From contig RPQH01000016.1 of the NCBI GenBank assembly GCA_003820375.1, positions 11 through 64,010 on the forward strand: a stretch of 64,000 nt of DNA, written 5' to 3'. The DNA is from Ignavibacteriota bacterium. Lineage in GTDB: Bacteria > Bacteroidota > Ignavibacteria > Tepidaquicellales > OLB5. The position numbers and the translations under genes were made by a program. Below are positions 1-8,170 of the stretch, piece after piece (the first letter of the stretch is position 1; each line of letters starts with the position of its first letter). The notes below the pieces were generated by a model, which worked only from the letters and a program-made list of their open reading frames with translations, made no database searches and was not told the origin of the DNA.

Positions 1-77
1 CCGTATGGCTGGCGGGAATGACATATGAAAAATGCTTGTTAATCCGCAATTCACAATTCGAAATTCGAAATTATCAG

Positions 78-165
78 AGTTGGGTTCAAAACAGTGCTAA
101 GTTGGGTTCAAGTTGTGCCGGAGTTGGTATCAAGTTGGTATCAAGTTGGTATCAAGTTGGGTCAT
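78..165. repeat. Tandem array with 11-bp period, about 8 units (AGTTGG-N5; three perfect AGTTGGTATCA units)
   Basis: Units read in register at 78, 89 (degenerate), 100, 111, 122, 133, 144 and 155. Confidence 0.85.
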
Positions 166-414
166 CGTTTTTCAAAAACAGGGGTTAACTCATTGCAGTA
201 TAAGAAGTTAGCTCCGTCAAATTCACCGGGATGCTATGAATAAAATGGCGATTATGTGAAGGAAATGCGGTTTATTTCGAAAAATAAAACTTCACTATAT
301 CGTTAACCAATATCGTTATGGGAAAAATCCGGTAGCAAATTATTGTCGCAGATGTTTGAGAGTTAAAGTGATACTTGAAGGTATTTCCGGTATATTTTGT
401 TCACACCCCGGTTC

Positions 415-492
415 AAATAGTGAAATAGCGAAATAGTGAGATAATGGTTTATTAATCTGATAAATCTGATGAATATGATGAATCTGATGAAT
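415..492. repeat. Adjacent short tandem arrays: 8-bp AAATAGYG x3-4 (415-446) and 9-bp AATCTGATG-like x4 (454-489)
   Basis: Direct reading: aaatagtg aaatagcg aaatagtg agataatg, then aatctgata aatctgatg aatatgatg aatctgatg. Confidence 0.8.
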
Positions 493-836
493 TATTTTAT
501 GCACTCCAAACTATTTTTAGATAAAACTTGACAATGAGTTAACACTATATTAAATTATATTGATGATGTTTATATAGCAGTATAAGCAAAAATAACCGTT
601 CTTTGATAATATAGAGATGAATTATCGCATGTCGCATAATTGCTGTAAAATACTGCTAACGGATTTGGTTAGATTTTGAAAGGTTGAAGAAAATATGTAT
701 TGAAAAATGCCCTAAAGGAGAAATTACTTTATCGGAACTAATTCCCTGTTACATATGTAAATAAAAGTAACCGATTGTTTTAATCATTGACATAAAAGCC
801 AATATTCAGTAAACTGTAATAACAAAACAACCAAAT

Positions 837-1319
837 ATGCGGAAAATATCATTTATAATAGCCCTTTTAGCCATTTTAGCAAATCTCTCTTATGGGCAGT
901 TTAAGGAAATTCCACGTGATACTAAAATGAAGCTTAAGAGTAATAATCTTATTCTTGGTTTTATTAACCCGAAGAATTTCTCGATTACTCATTCTGTAAA
1001 CATGTCATACCAGACGTCGGGCAATGCAAATGTTTCTCTTGCATCATATACGGCAACATTGTCTTATAAAATTCTGGATAACCTGAAGATAAGTGCAGAT
1101 GTGACCGCTCAGTATTCTCCCTTTGCTTCAATAGGAACAAACAGTGTGCTCAATACTGAATTTCAGAATTCATTCAATGGCATCAACCTGAGCAGGGTAT
1201 CACTTGATTATAAGCCGTTCAAGAATATGTATATACATTTTGATTACGTAAATAATAAAAACAATAATTACTGGTTTAACGACTATAATTATTATAACAG
1301 ATGGAACAACGATTTTTAA
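837..1319 (+). CDS. Hypothetical secreted or outer-membrane protein (160 aa)
   Basis: N-terminal signal-peptide-like segment MRKISFIIALLAILANLSYGQ. Alternating beta-like pattern, Asn/Tyr-rich C-terminus ending in Phe. Confidence 0.5.
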   Translation: MRKISFIIALLAILANLSYGQFKEIPRDTKMKLKSNNLILGFINPKNFSITHSVNMSYQTSGNANVSLASYTATLSYKILDNLKISADVTAQYSPFASIGTNSVLNTEFQNSFNGINLSRVSLDYKPFKNMYIHFDYVNNKNNNYWFNDYNYYNRWNNDF

Positions 1320-1331
1320 TCGGCAGCTAAT

Positions 1332-1847
1332 ATGGCAGGAAGCGGTCAGGGTGATTCAATAAATAAATTTAAAAACTACTCTATAAATGTTTTAATTGTC
1401 CTGCTTGCAGTTTTAACTTTGTATTTGCTTTACAGCTTTGTAAAGCACTCAACAAGCGGCAAGCAGGATGATGTTAAAACGCAGACAGCAGATTCATCAT
1501 CCAACACAATCACAAAGCAACCGTCAAGCAAAACCCTCCAGATTGATGTTCAAAATGCGACAGGTGTTCAGGGTGTGGCAAATACATTTATGGAATATCT
1601 CCGTTCCACAGGATTTGATGTTGTTGAAATGGGAAATTTTTCAACCAATGATATTAAAACATCCATGGTAATCGATAGAACAGGGAATATGAGGAATGCA
1701 AAGAAGGTTGCCCAGTCATTGGGAATACAGGAAAAATATGTGATACAGCAAATAAATAAAAACTATTTCCTGGATGCAACGGTTGTAATAGGGAAAGATT
1801 ACCAGGAGCTAAATCCATTTAAACAAAAAGAAACCAACAATCAATAA
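1332..1847 (+). CDS. LytR_C (LytR/CpsA/Psr C-terminal) domain membrane protein
   Basis: One TM helix (INVLIVLLAVLTLYLLYSF), then IDVQNATGVQGVANTFMEYLRSTGFDVVEMGNF...AKKVAQSLGI, which matches the LytR_C pattern. Confidence 0.7.
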   Translation: MAGSGQGDSINKFKNYSINVLIVLLAVLTLYLLYSFVKHSTSGKQDDVKTQTADSSSNTITKQPSSKTLQIDVQNATGVQGVANTFMEYLRSTGFDVVEMGNFSTNDIKTSMVIDRTGNMRNAKKVAQSLGIQEKYVIQQINKNYFLDATVVIGKDYQELNPFKQKETNNQ

Positions 1848-1865
1848 TTAAAATAAAGAAGGAAT

Positions 1866-2210
1866 TTGGATTCAAAAAAATTAGCAGTTAAGCTCGCAAA
1901 TTTATCTCTCTCCAAAAAAGCCACAGATGTTAAAATCCTTGACTTAAGAGGCCTTACAACAATCACCGATTTTTTTGTAATCTGTACGGGAGCATCCGAT
2001 ACACAGGTTAAAGCGATAGCAGATGCAGTTATTGACGGTTCAAAAGGCATTGGTGAAAAGCCATGGCATAAAGAAGGCTTCACCAACCGCAGCTGGGTAT
2101 TGCTCGATTATGTAGAAGTTGTCGTCCACATTTTCCTGAAAGAGACAAGAAATTTTTACGGACTGGAAAAACTCTGGGGCGACGCGGAGATGATGGAAGT
2201 GAAGGAGTGA
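1866..2210 (+). CDS. rsfS: Ribosome silencing factor RsfS (iojap family)
   Basis: DVKILDLRGLTTITDFFVICTGASDTQVKAIADAV...WVLLDYVEVVVHIF...R.FYGLEKLWGDA is the RsfS signature. TTG start follows aaggaa. Confidence 0.85.
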   Translation: MDSKKLAVKLANLSLSKKATDVKILDLRGLTTITDFFVICTGASDTQVKAIADAVIDGSKGIGEKPWHKEGFTNRSWVLLDYVEVVVHIFLKETRNFYGLEKLWGDAEMMEVKE

Positions 2211-2229
2211 GTAATATAAAATTGAATCA

Positions 2230-3936
2230 TCACTTATCCATTACCAAAATTCCGTTTACAAAATAGTTACCTGTACTGGTTCGTATATTATAAACTTCAT
2301 TTGCCGTGTATGCATTATATTCTATTGAGGTAATAACTGCTTTATTGCTATTGCTGCCTTTATTAAATCCGCAGATTAATACATCTCCCTTGTGTAAATC
2401 TCTTACTTTAACAACTCCACTTGAAGTCATAACAGGATGGTTTGAAGTTGCATCCAGTATAAAGTCAGTGTCTGTATTAGTTCCGGATGCTGACGTTGGG
2501 ATTGAGTGATTTAAACCAATTCTGTGTATTAAATAGATCGAGCTGCTGTGATATTGTGTGTTCAAAACAATTCCATCAACATATTTTCCCGTATTCACAT
2601 CCAAGGATAGTATCTTCTCATTTTGAGTAATTTCTGAGATCTTTTTTTGTGAACCGTCAGACATAGTCACAAGCGCATCATGGGGAAAGCAGGTATAATA
2701 AGGATTACTTTTCCATACAACATCTCCTTTTTTATTAATATAAATCTCCTGCTCAGCAGCACTGTTTTCAGGATTTTCACCTGAGCCATCATTAAAACTA
2801 GTTGTTATAATACATAGTCCATTAAAGAAACCGGAACAGTATTTCAAATACATATTTTCAAATAATTTTACAAGATTACCAACGCTATCCAATAATAGAC
2901 AATTATTAGAATACTGCTTGATAAATGCAAATCCTTCAGAAAATTCTGAAGAGTAACTGAATTCAGGTTCGTAGACAACTTCACCATTTTTATTTATAAA
3001 ACCATAATCTCCTGTATATTTTCCTGTGGAAATAAATACTTTCGCTAAACCGCAATGAAAATCATCGCATCTTTTCCATTTGGCTTCAATTACAAGTTTG
3101 CCGGTTTTATCTATGTATCCCAATTTACCATCTATTTCAACTGCTGCAAGCCCTTCAGAGAAATTTCTTGTGTCTTTACCAAATTGAGGAGTAATAACCA
3201 TGGTGCCTGTTTTATCAATAAAACCAATTTTGTCGTTATATTCGACCTTTGCCAATCCTTCAGAGAATATATCAGATTTATAACCATACTGGGGAATGAT
3301 TATTTCTTTTCCTGATGTATCAATATATCCAACAAATCCATAATAATTTACCTTAGCAATACCTTCATTAAAAAAATTTGTATAGGGATGACCAAGAAAA
3401 TAAAAATGGATATCATAGTAATATCTTTTTTTAGTGATGATGTTTCCATTTTTATCAATGTAATTATAGAACTCATTTTGATTTCCATCTTTATTATCTA
3501 CAGCCAATGCCAATCCAAATTTAAATCTACTAACCTCATAGTACAATGTGTCTATTATTAACTTTCCAGAAGTATCAATAAAGCCCAGTTTATATCCCGT
3601 GCTTACACCAGCTAGTCCCTCCGAGAAACTATGAGCTTCCCTGTAAATTGCAGGGATTACTAGTTGCCCTGAAGTATTGATATACCCATATAGTCCTCCA
3701 ATTCTGACAACAGCTAAACCTTCCGAAAAATAACCGGCACCATCGAATTGATAAGGTATTAATACATTACCGTTAATATCAATATATCCCCATTTTTCCA
3801 GTGCGAAATATTCATACGATGTGTCTTCATTAATGTAATTACAAACTGGGAATAAATATTGAGGATTGGTTGATTGAGAATATGAGTGAGAACTAACTAT
3901 GAATAGGAAAACTATTGTTAAATATTTTATAACCAT
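2230..3936 (-). CDS. Secreted WG-repeat (KWG/WG_beta_rep) protein with a C-terminal Hint (Hedgehog/intein-like) domain
   Basis: Signal peptide, then about 10 repeats of the type GYID.tGk.vI...y...  FSEGLA.V. C-terminal about 150 aa: CFPHDALVTMSDGSQKKISEI (block A), TSNHPV (TxxH), VYNIRTSTGNYFVNGILV (blocks F/G). Confidence 0.8.
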   Translation of the reverse strand: MVIKYLTIVFLFIVSSHSYSQSTNPQYLFPVCNYINEDTSYEYFALEKWGYIDINGNVLIPYQFDGAGYFSEGLAVVRIGGLYGYINTSGQLVIPAIYREAHSFSEGLAGVSTGYKLGFIDTSGKLIIDTLYYEVSRFKFGLALAVDNKDGNQNEFYNYIDKNGNIITKKRYYYDIHFYFLGHPYTNFFNEGIAKVNYYGFVGYIDTSGKEIIIPQYGYKSDIFSEGLAKVEYNDKIGFIDKTGTMVITPQFGKDTRNFSEGLAAVEIDGKLGYIDKTGKLVIEAKWKRCDDFHCGLAKVFISTGKYTGDYGFINKNGEVVYEPEFSYSSEFSEGFAFIKQYSNNCLLLDSVGNLVKLFENMYLKYCSGFFNGLCIITTSFNDGSGENPENSAAEQEIYINKKGDVVWKSNPYYTCFPHDALVTMSDGSQKKISEITQNEKILSLDVNTGKYVDGIVLNTQYHSSSIYLIHRIGLNHSIPTSASGTNTDTDFILDATSNHPVMTSSGVVKVRDLHKGDVLICGFNKGSNSNKAVITSIEYNAYTANEVYNIRTSTGNYFVNGILVMDK

Positions 3937-4073
3937 TAAATTATATTTGTATTACATTAGACATTAGATACTTTCTAGATTATATTCAAAACTTACTAAA
4001 AAAACTATATTAACCGACTTATAAATATTCAAATATTGAAATCAATACTTATTATTTTATTTAAAATGCATGT

Positions 4074-4313
4074 TTATATCCCAAAACTCCTTAATTCCCT
4101 TAAAGATTGTTCAAGTTCTTGTATTTGCTTTTTTAATTCTTTTAAATAATTACTATCAATTGTGTTGTCACGGGCTTGTTCCCTTAATAGTTGTAATTGT
4201 TTTTCCATCTCCGCGATAGCATTTGAATTAGCGTTTCTAAATTGCTGTGTATTTTCTTGTTGTGAAAGAGCAGTTGCGGTGAGACTTTCTAAAAAATCTT
4301 TAAAAAATGACAT
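4074..4313 (-). CDS. Small coiled-coil protein (79 aa)
   Basis: Heptad-like Q/E/L-rich sequence. No recognisable domain. Confidence 0.4.
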   Translation of the reverse strand: MSFFKDFLESLTATALSQQENTQQFRNANSNAIAEMEKQLQLLREQARDNTIDSNYLKELKKQIQELEQSLRELRSFGI

Positions 4314-4381
4314 TTTCCCCTCCTAAAAGTTTTAAAAAATTGTTATTAATTTTTCTTTTTAACAAAATATTTAGTAAATAT

Positions 4382-4927
4382 TTATAAATTAAACAATTTG
4401 AACATAATCGGACCTATTAGGATATAGACCAAAACCGTTAAGAAAACTAAATGAACTAAAGCTAAATTCTTTCCGCAATTAGAAACCAGCCTGACTTCAG
4501 AGAAAATTGTCAAATATGCACCCATTATTAAAGCATGTTCTGGAAAATAACCCAAGACTTTTACTAACCCAAATTGCAGTTTGAAAACCAGACTTATTAT
4601 AGATATTGCCGCAACTGGTAACGTAGCAAGTACGCTAAATATAAATCCCTTTTTAAAACCTATATATTTCATAAGAAAAATTCCTGAGAACAAACTTATC
4701 ATTAATACAAAACCAAAAGAATATAAAAAAGCTATAATTCCTGATAGTATATTTAAGCCAAAACCTTCTTTATTTATATACGCATTTGTCATTTCAATAA
4801 GGATATATGACCATGCAATTGAGCTGATTATTAAAACAATAAATGTAGATTTTAAATTTGGCTCTTGCCCGCTACTTATATCATCTTTACTAATATTTAG
4901 TGCTAACGAGGAAATTATTGTTTTCAT
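4382..4927 (-). CDS. Integral membrane protein (181 aa, about 5 TM)
   Basis: Several hydrophobic segments. No recognisable family. Confidence 0.5.
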   Translation of the reverse strand: MKTIISSLALNISKDDISSGQEPNLKSTFIVLIISSIAWSYILIEMTNAYINKEGFGLNILSGIIAFLYSFGFVLMISLFSGIFLMKYIGFKKGFIFSVLATLPVAAISIISLVFKLQFGLVKVLGYFPEHALIMGAYLTIFSEVRLVSNCGKNLALVHLVFLTVLVYILIGPIMFKLFNL

Positions 4928-4944
4928 AATTAATTTAAATTACT

Positions 4945-6618
4945 TTATAATAATGCAATGAAAAGAAGTAATAAAAACAGACCTGCAATTGCAGCACCTG
5001 TGTAAAACTTTTGCTCCAGCATAGTTTTCTTAAGTATCATTTCACGAAATTTACCTTTAATAACTGCTGGGTTACTTGCTTCTATATATGTTCCACCACC
5101 TTTATTTGCAAGCGACTCCATAGTCATATTTAAACTTTGGTCTGAATAACCAAAGCTCCCAAAACCACTACCAGAACCATAAGCAATTGTTGATAACGTA
5201 ATTTTTTGTTTTCTAGAAATATCCATATATTTAATTATTATTGAATCTAATGGGGGTATATTTCCGGAAGGGCAATTTTGCTGACCATCAGCTAATAATA
5301 TAATCATTCCATTTGCATCTTCTGGGATATTAGAAGAATAATTATAAGCTTTCTCAATTCCAGCATACATAGGAGTACTTCCATCAGCTTTTAATGTAAG
5401 GATAGAGTTTTCAATACGTTGAATATCCTGAGTATAAGGTACTATTATCGGCATATTTTCAGGTTGGCAATTTATTCCGAATACTGATGAGTATACAATA
5501 ACTGAAAAAGCATTATCTGTTGTTGGTAAATCCTTTATTATCTGGGGAACTGCTTTTTTAACTTCGTTAATTTTGTTATTAGAATTCATTGATCCAGATA
5601 CGTCAATTAAGAAAATAATATAATTTTTTGCTGTAATGGGTGTTTTTTTAAAACCAAGGTAATAGATTTTCTGATTAAAAGAAGTATTATAAGGAATTGG
5701 TGTAATTTCACCTAAATTTTTTAAGACTTCATTAGCAACATTATTAAGATCCCTAATATTTAGATATTCAAATGGTATTACTGCTAATGAACCTAACAAA
5801 GATATAACAACGGTTATTGGAGTTGTACTTTTTGAAGGATTTGATGGGTCAACAGGTTCTTCCCAAGCAATAGATTCTAAAAAATGTAATACCGGTTTCG
5901 AAAAAATTTCTTTAAAACTTAAATCAAGATAACTTTTATTATTTAAAATTCTGAAATTTTCTTGCTCTGATATTGCCTCTAAATAACTGTATGTCATTGA
6001 TATTCCTCTATGCTTGCTAACCAAAAGCTCTATCTTCTTATTAATGTCGTTTAATAAACAGCTATATTTATTTCTAATAAAATTTAGAGGATGATTTGGA
6101 GAATTATTATATTTAATTCTTATTCTTCCCCTAATTATTGCCAGAGCAATGAGTTCTTTTGAATAATCTCTTTCTAGTGGAATATTTGTTATTGTATTTT
6201 GATTGGGGTCTAAACAAGTGTAACTTATACTTTGACTTATAGAATGAAGATATTTTTCGTTAATTATTCTAAAATCATTGTCTTGTTCAAGTAAATCTGC
6301 ATGATTCCATAATGATTGTTCTAATGGTTTTGCCCAATAGTTTCCTTTTTTCCTCCCCCTCGTATAAAACTCCATAAATTTCATTTCTTCATTAGTCATC
6401 GTTTTGCCCTGTGATTTCATTATTGCATTTTTCTCAAATTCCGGATTTACTATTACAAAATCATTATAGCCAAATGTAATATAATCATCTATCAAAATAT
6501 TAAATTCTACATCGTTATCTCCACTTTTAAGATTTTGATCTTTTATTATTTTATTATTAGTGGTAAAGACATTAAGGAAGCAACAAATAAATATTAATAA
6601 TAGTAAATATTTTTTCAT
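4945..6618 (-). CDS. von Willebrand factor A (vWA) domain protein with signal peptide and C-terminal TM anchor
   Basis: MIDAS-type motifs: FLIDVSGSM, ADGSTPM, ILLADGQQN. N-terminal signal sequence. C-terminal hydrophobic FYTGAAIAGLFLLLLFIALL. Confidence 0.75.
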   Translation of the reverse strand: MKKYLLLLIFICCFLNVFTTNNKIIKDQNLKSGDNDVEFNILIDDYITFGYNDFVIVNPEFEKNAIMKSQGKTMTNEEMKFMEFYTRGRKKGNYWAKPLEQSLWNHADLLEQDNDFRIINEKYLHSISQSISYTCLDPNQNTITNIPLERDYSKELIALAIIRGRIRIKYNNSPNHPLNFIRNKYSCLLNDINKKIELLVSKHRGISMTYSYLEAISEQENFRILNNKSYLDLSFKEIFSKPVLHFLESIAWEEPVDPSNPSKSTTPITVVISLLGSLAVIPFEYLNIRDLNNVANEVLKNLGEITPIPYNTSFNQKIYYLGFKKTPITAKNYIIFLIDVSGSMNSNNKINEVKKAVPQIIKDLPTTDNAFSVIVYSSVFGINCQPENMPIIVPYTQDIQRIENSILTLKADGSTPMYAGIEKAYNYSSNIPEDANGMIILLADGQQNCPSGNIPPLDSIIIKYMDISRKQKITLSTIAYGSGSGFGSFGYSDQSLNMTMESLANKGGGTYIEASNPAVIKGKFREMILKKTMLEQKFYTGAAIAGLFLLLLFIALL

Positions 6619-6643
6619 AGTGTTCTTTTTAAAAAATATTTCA

Positions 6644-6961
6644 TTAATCTTCTTTTTTAATTAACATTTTTTTAGCCTCTTCTTGAATCGTTGTGAGTTC
6701 ATTTTCTTTCTCGGAAATTTTAATTAATAGCTCATTAATCTCTTTACATTTTTCTTTTATTATCAATTCATCATAGTTATTCTCTTTGTACATATTAAAA
6801 GTTGTTTTGCCAATATCGATAAAAATTTGAGTTTTCTTAATCTGTAGTTCAGAAATTTCTTCCTTAACTTTGTTTGTTTCGATGAATTCCTTAGATTTGA
6901 CACTTATTGTATTAAGTCCTTTACTTACACGTTTTTTAATTATATCAAAAAAATCAGTCAT
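6644..6961 (-). CDS. Small coiled-coil protein (105 aa)
   Basis: K/E/I-rich heptad pattern. No domain recognised. Confidence 0.45.
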   Translation of the reverse strand: MTDFFDIIKKRVSKGLNTISVKSKEFIETNKVKEEISELQIKKTQIFIDIGKTTFNMYKENNYDELIIKEKCKEINELLIKISEKENELTTIQEEAKKMLIKKED

Positions 6962-7022
6962 TTCTATAATTTATATAAATATTTTCACTAATTTTATTTC
7001 AATTTTGTGATTTTAAAACAAA

Positions 7023-7406
7023 TTATTGTGTAAAATGTTGTAAAAAAAGTCTTAACCCAACAATTGATGTTGTGGATAATGTATAAATTAAAAACTCTGA
7101 ATAGTCATATTGATTTATAATCAATGTTGTAATAGGCCAAAATCCTGTTTTGAAAATATAAAAGTCAGGTGTCAATGCTATTATGATAATATTTATAATT
7201 ATTATTAAGCAAAAGGTAATCAGAGAGAAAGCAACCCACTCATCGTCAAAAAGTAAAAACATACAGATAAACGTCCATATTCCTATTAAAATAATCGGAA
7301 AGTACCACCATCCAATTTCTCCAAATAAATATATAATACCTATAATTGCACCTATAATACCAATAGGTAAGCAACCTGTATAGTCGTCTGTTATACTACT
7401 GCTCAT
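7023..7406 (-). CDS. Small integral membrane protein (127 aa)
   Basis: Three to four strongly hydrophobic segments. Confidence 0.45.
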   Translation of the reverse strand: MSSSITDDYTGCLPIGIIGAIIGIIYLFGEIGWWYFPIILIGIWTFICMFLLFDDEWVAFSLITFCLIIIINIIIIALTPDFYIFKTGFWPITTLIINQYDYSEFLIYTLSTTSIVGLRLFLQHFTQ

Positions 7407-7459
7407 AAAATATTAATATATTATAAATCGTTGTTTTTAGGAATTGTTTATTTAAAAGC

Positions 7460-8017
7460 CTAGTTTAATTCTGCAAATTCACTTAATTTTTTCCATTCTC
7501 CGTCTATACATTTTTTAATCAATGAATTATCATTTATTTTATAATCATCTTTATATGATAATATTTCTTCCTTTTCATAGGGCCCAAATTCTTTGTTCTT
7601 TTTTATATAATATCCATATTTTATTTTTTGCGTTTTTTTCACAATATCTTCAATTGATTGTTCTTTCTTAGTGAGTTGTACTCCATCATGTTCCATTTTC
7701 TTTATTTCACCTCTGTCTTTTGGCTCATCACCATAATCATTTGGACCGTACGTTCCATCCGTACATAAAAGTACGAGATTATAAATTGGAATTAAAAGAA
7801 ACCAACCGCTTTCATTAACGTCATGCATTCTTTTAATAGCCTGAATGGTAATAAAAATATCAATAGCTAAACCAATTATAATTGTTAGTACGAATAACTT
7901 TCTATCATTACCAGTGGATAAATAAAATAATATTCGAATAACAGAAGCTAATATAAACATTATCCAAAAAGTTGATCTTGTAATACGTCCTTTTAAAGAT
8001 AGAATATTTGTATTCAT
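7460..8017 (-). CDS. DUF805 membrane protein fused to a GYF_2-like C-terminal domain
   Basis: GRITRSTFW...IKRMHDVNESGWFLLIPIYNLVLL...GPNDYG is the DUF805 (YhaH/YhaI) signature. C-terminal YYIKKNKEFGPYEKEEIL...GEWKKLSEF resembles GYF_2. Confidence 0.7.
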   Translation of the reverse strand: MNTNILSLKGRITRSTFWIMFILASVIRILFYLSTGNDRKLFVLTIIIGLAIDIFITIQAIKRMHDVNESGWFLLIPIYNLVLLCTDGTYGPNDYGDEPKDRGEIKKMEHDGVQLTKKEQSIEDIVKKTQKIKYGYYIKKNKEFGPYEKEEILSYKDDYKINDNSLIKKCIDGEWKKLSEFAELN

Positions 8018-8170
8018 TTTCGGTTTTGATATTTGCCTGTATGAACTTGCTAATAATAATTATGAAAATATTATGTTTTAGTTCTTACCTACTTAATATG
8101 ACACACAACAAAACTGATTTATGCAATAATAAATATTTTGTGAATAAATAAAAGAAATGGATAATTTATA

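Larger units (their letters stand above)
1..545. repeat. Composite intergenic repeat element, copy 1 (reverse orientation relative to the copy at 19030-19560)
   Basis: The reverse complement shares ordered blocks with 19030-19560: TTGTCAAGTTTTA.CTAAAAATAGTTT.GAGTG, GGGGTGTG, ACTTTAACTCT, GCGAC.A.AA, TTTTTCCCA.AA, CTTATACTGCAATGAGTTA, TTTT.GAAAA. Short tandem arrays lie between the blocks. Confidence 0.6.

Noticed and set aside
405-425. tRNA-like T-loop sequence GGTTCAAAT (also GGGTTCAAA at 82-90 and 53107-53116)
   Set aside because: No complementary T-stem, acceptor stem or anticodon arm could be drawn around any of them. They lie inside tandem or dispersed repeats.
1468-1671. 67-aa ORF in an alternative frame
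   Set aside because: It is nested inside the well-supported LytR_C-domain gene on the same strand.
2230-2700. Intein or polymorphic-toxin interpretation of the Hint domain
   Set aside because: The ORF ends just after the Hint blocks. There is no C-extein, no toxin module, no immunity gene downstream and no terminal His-Asn.
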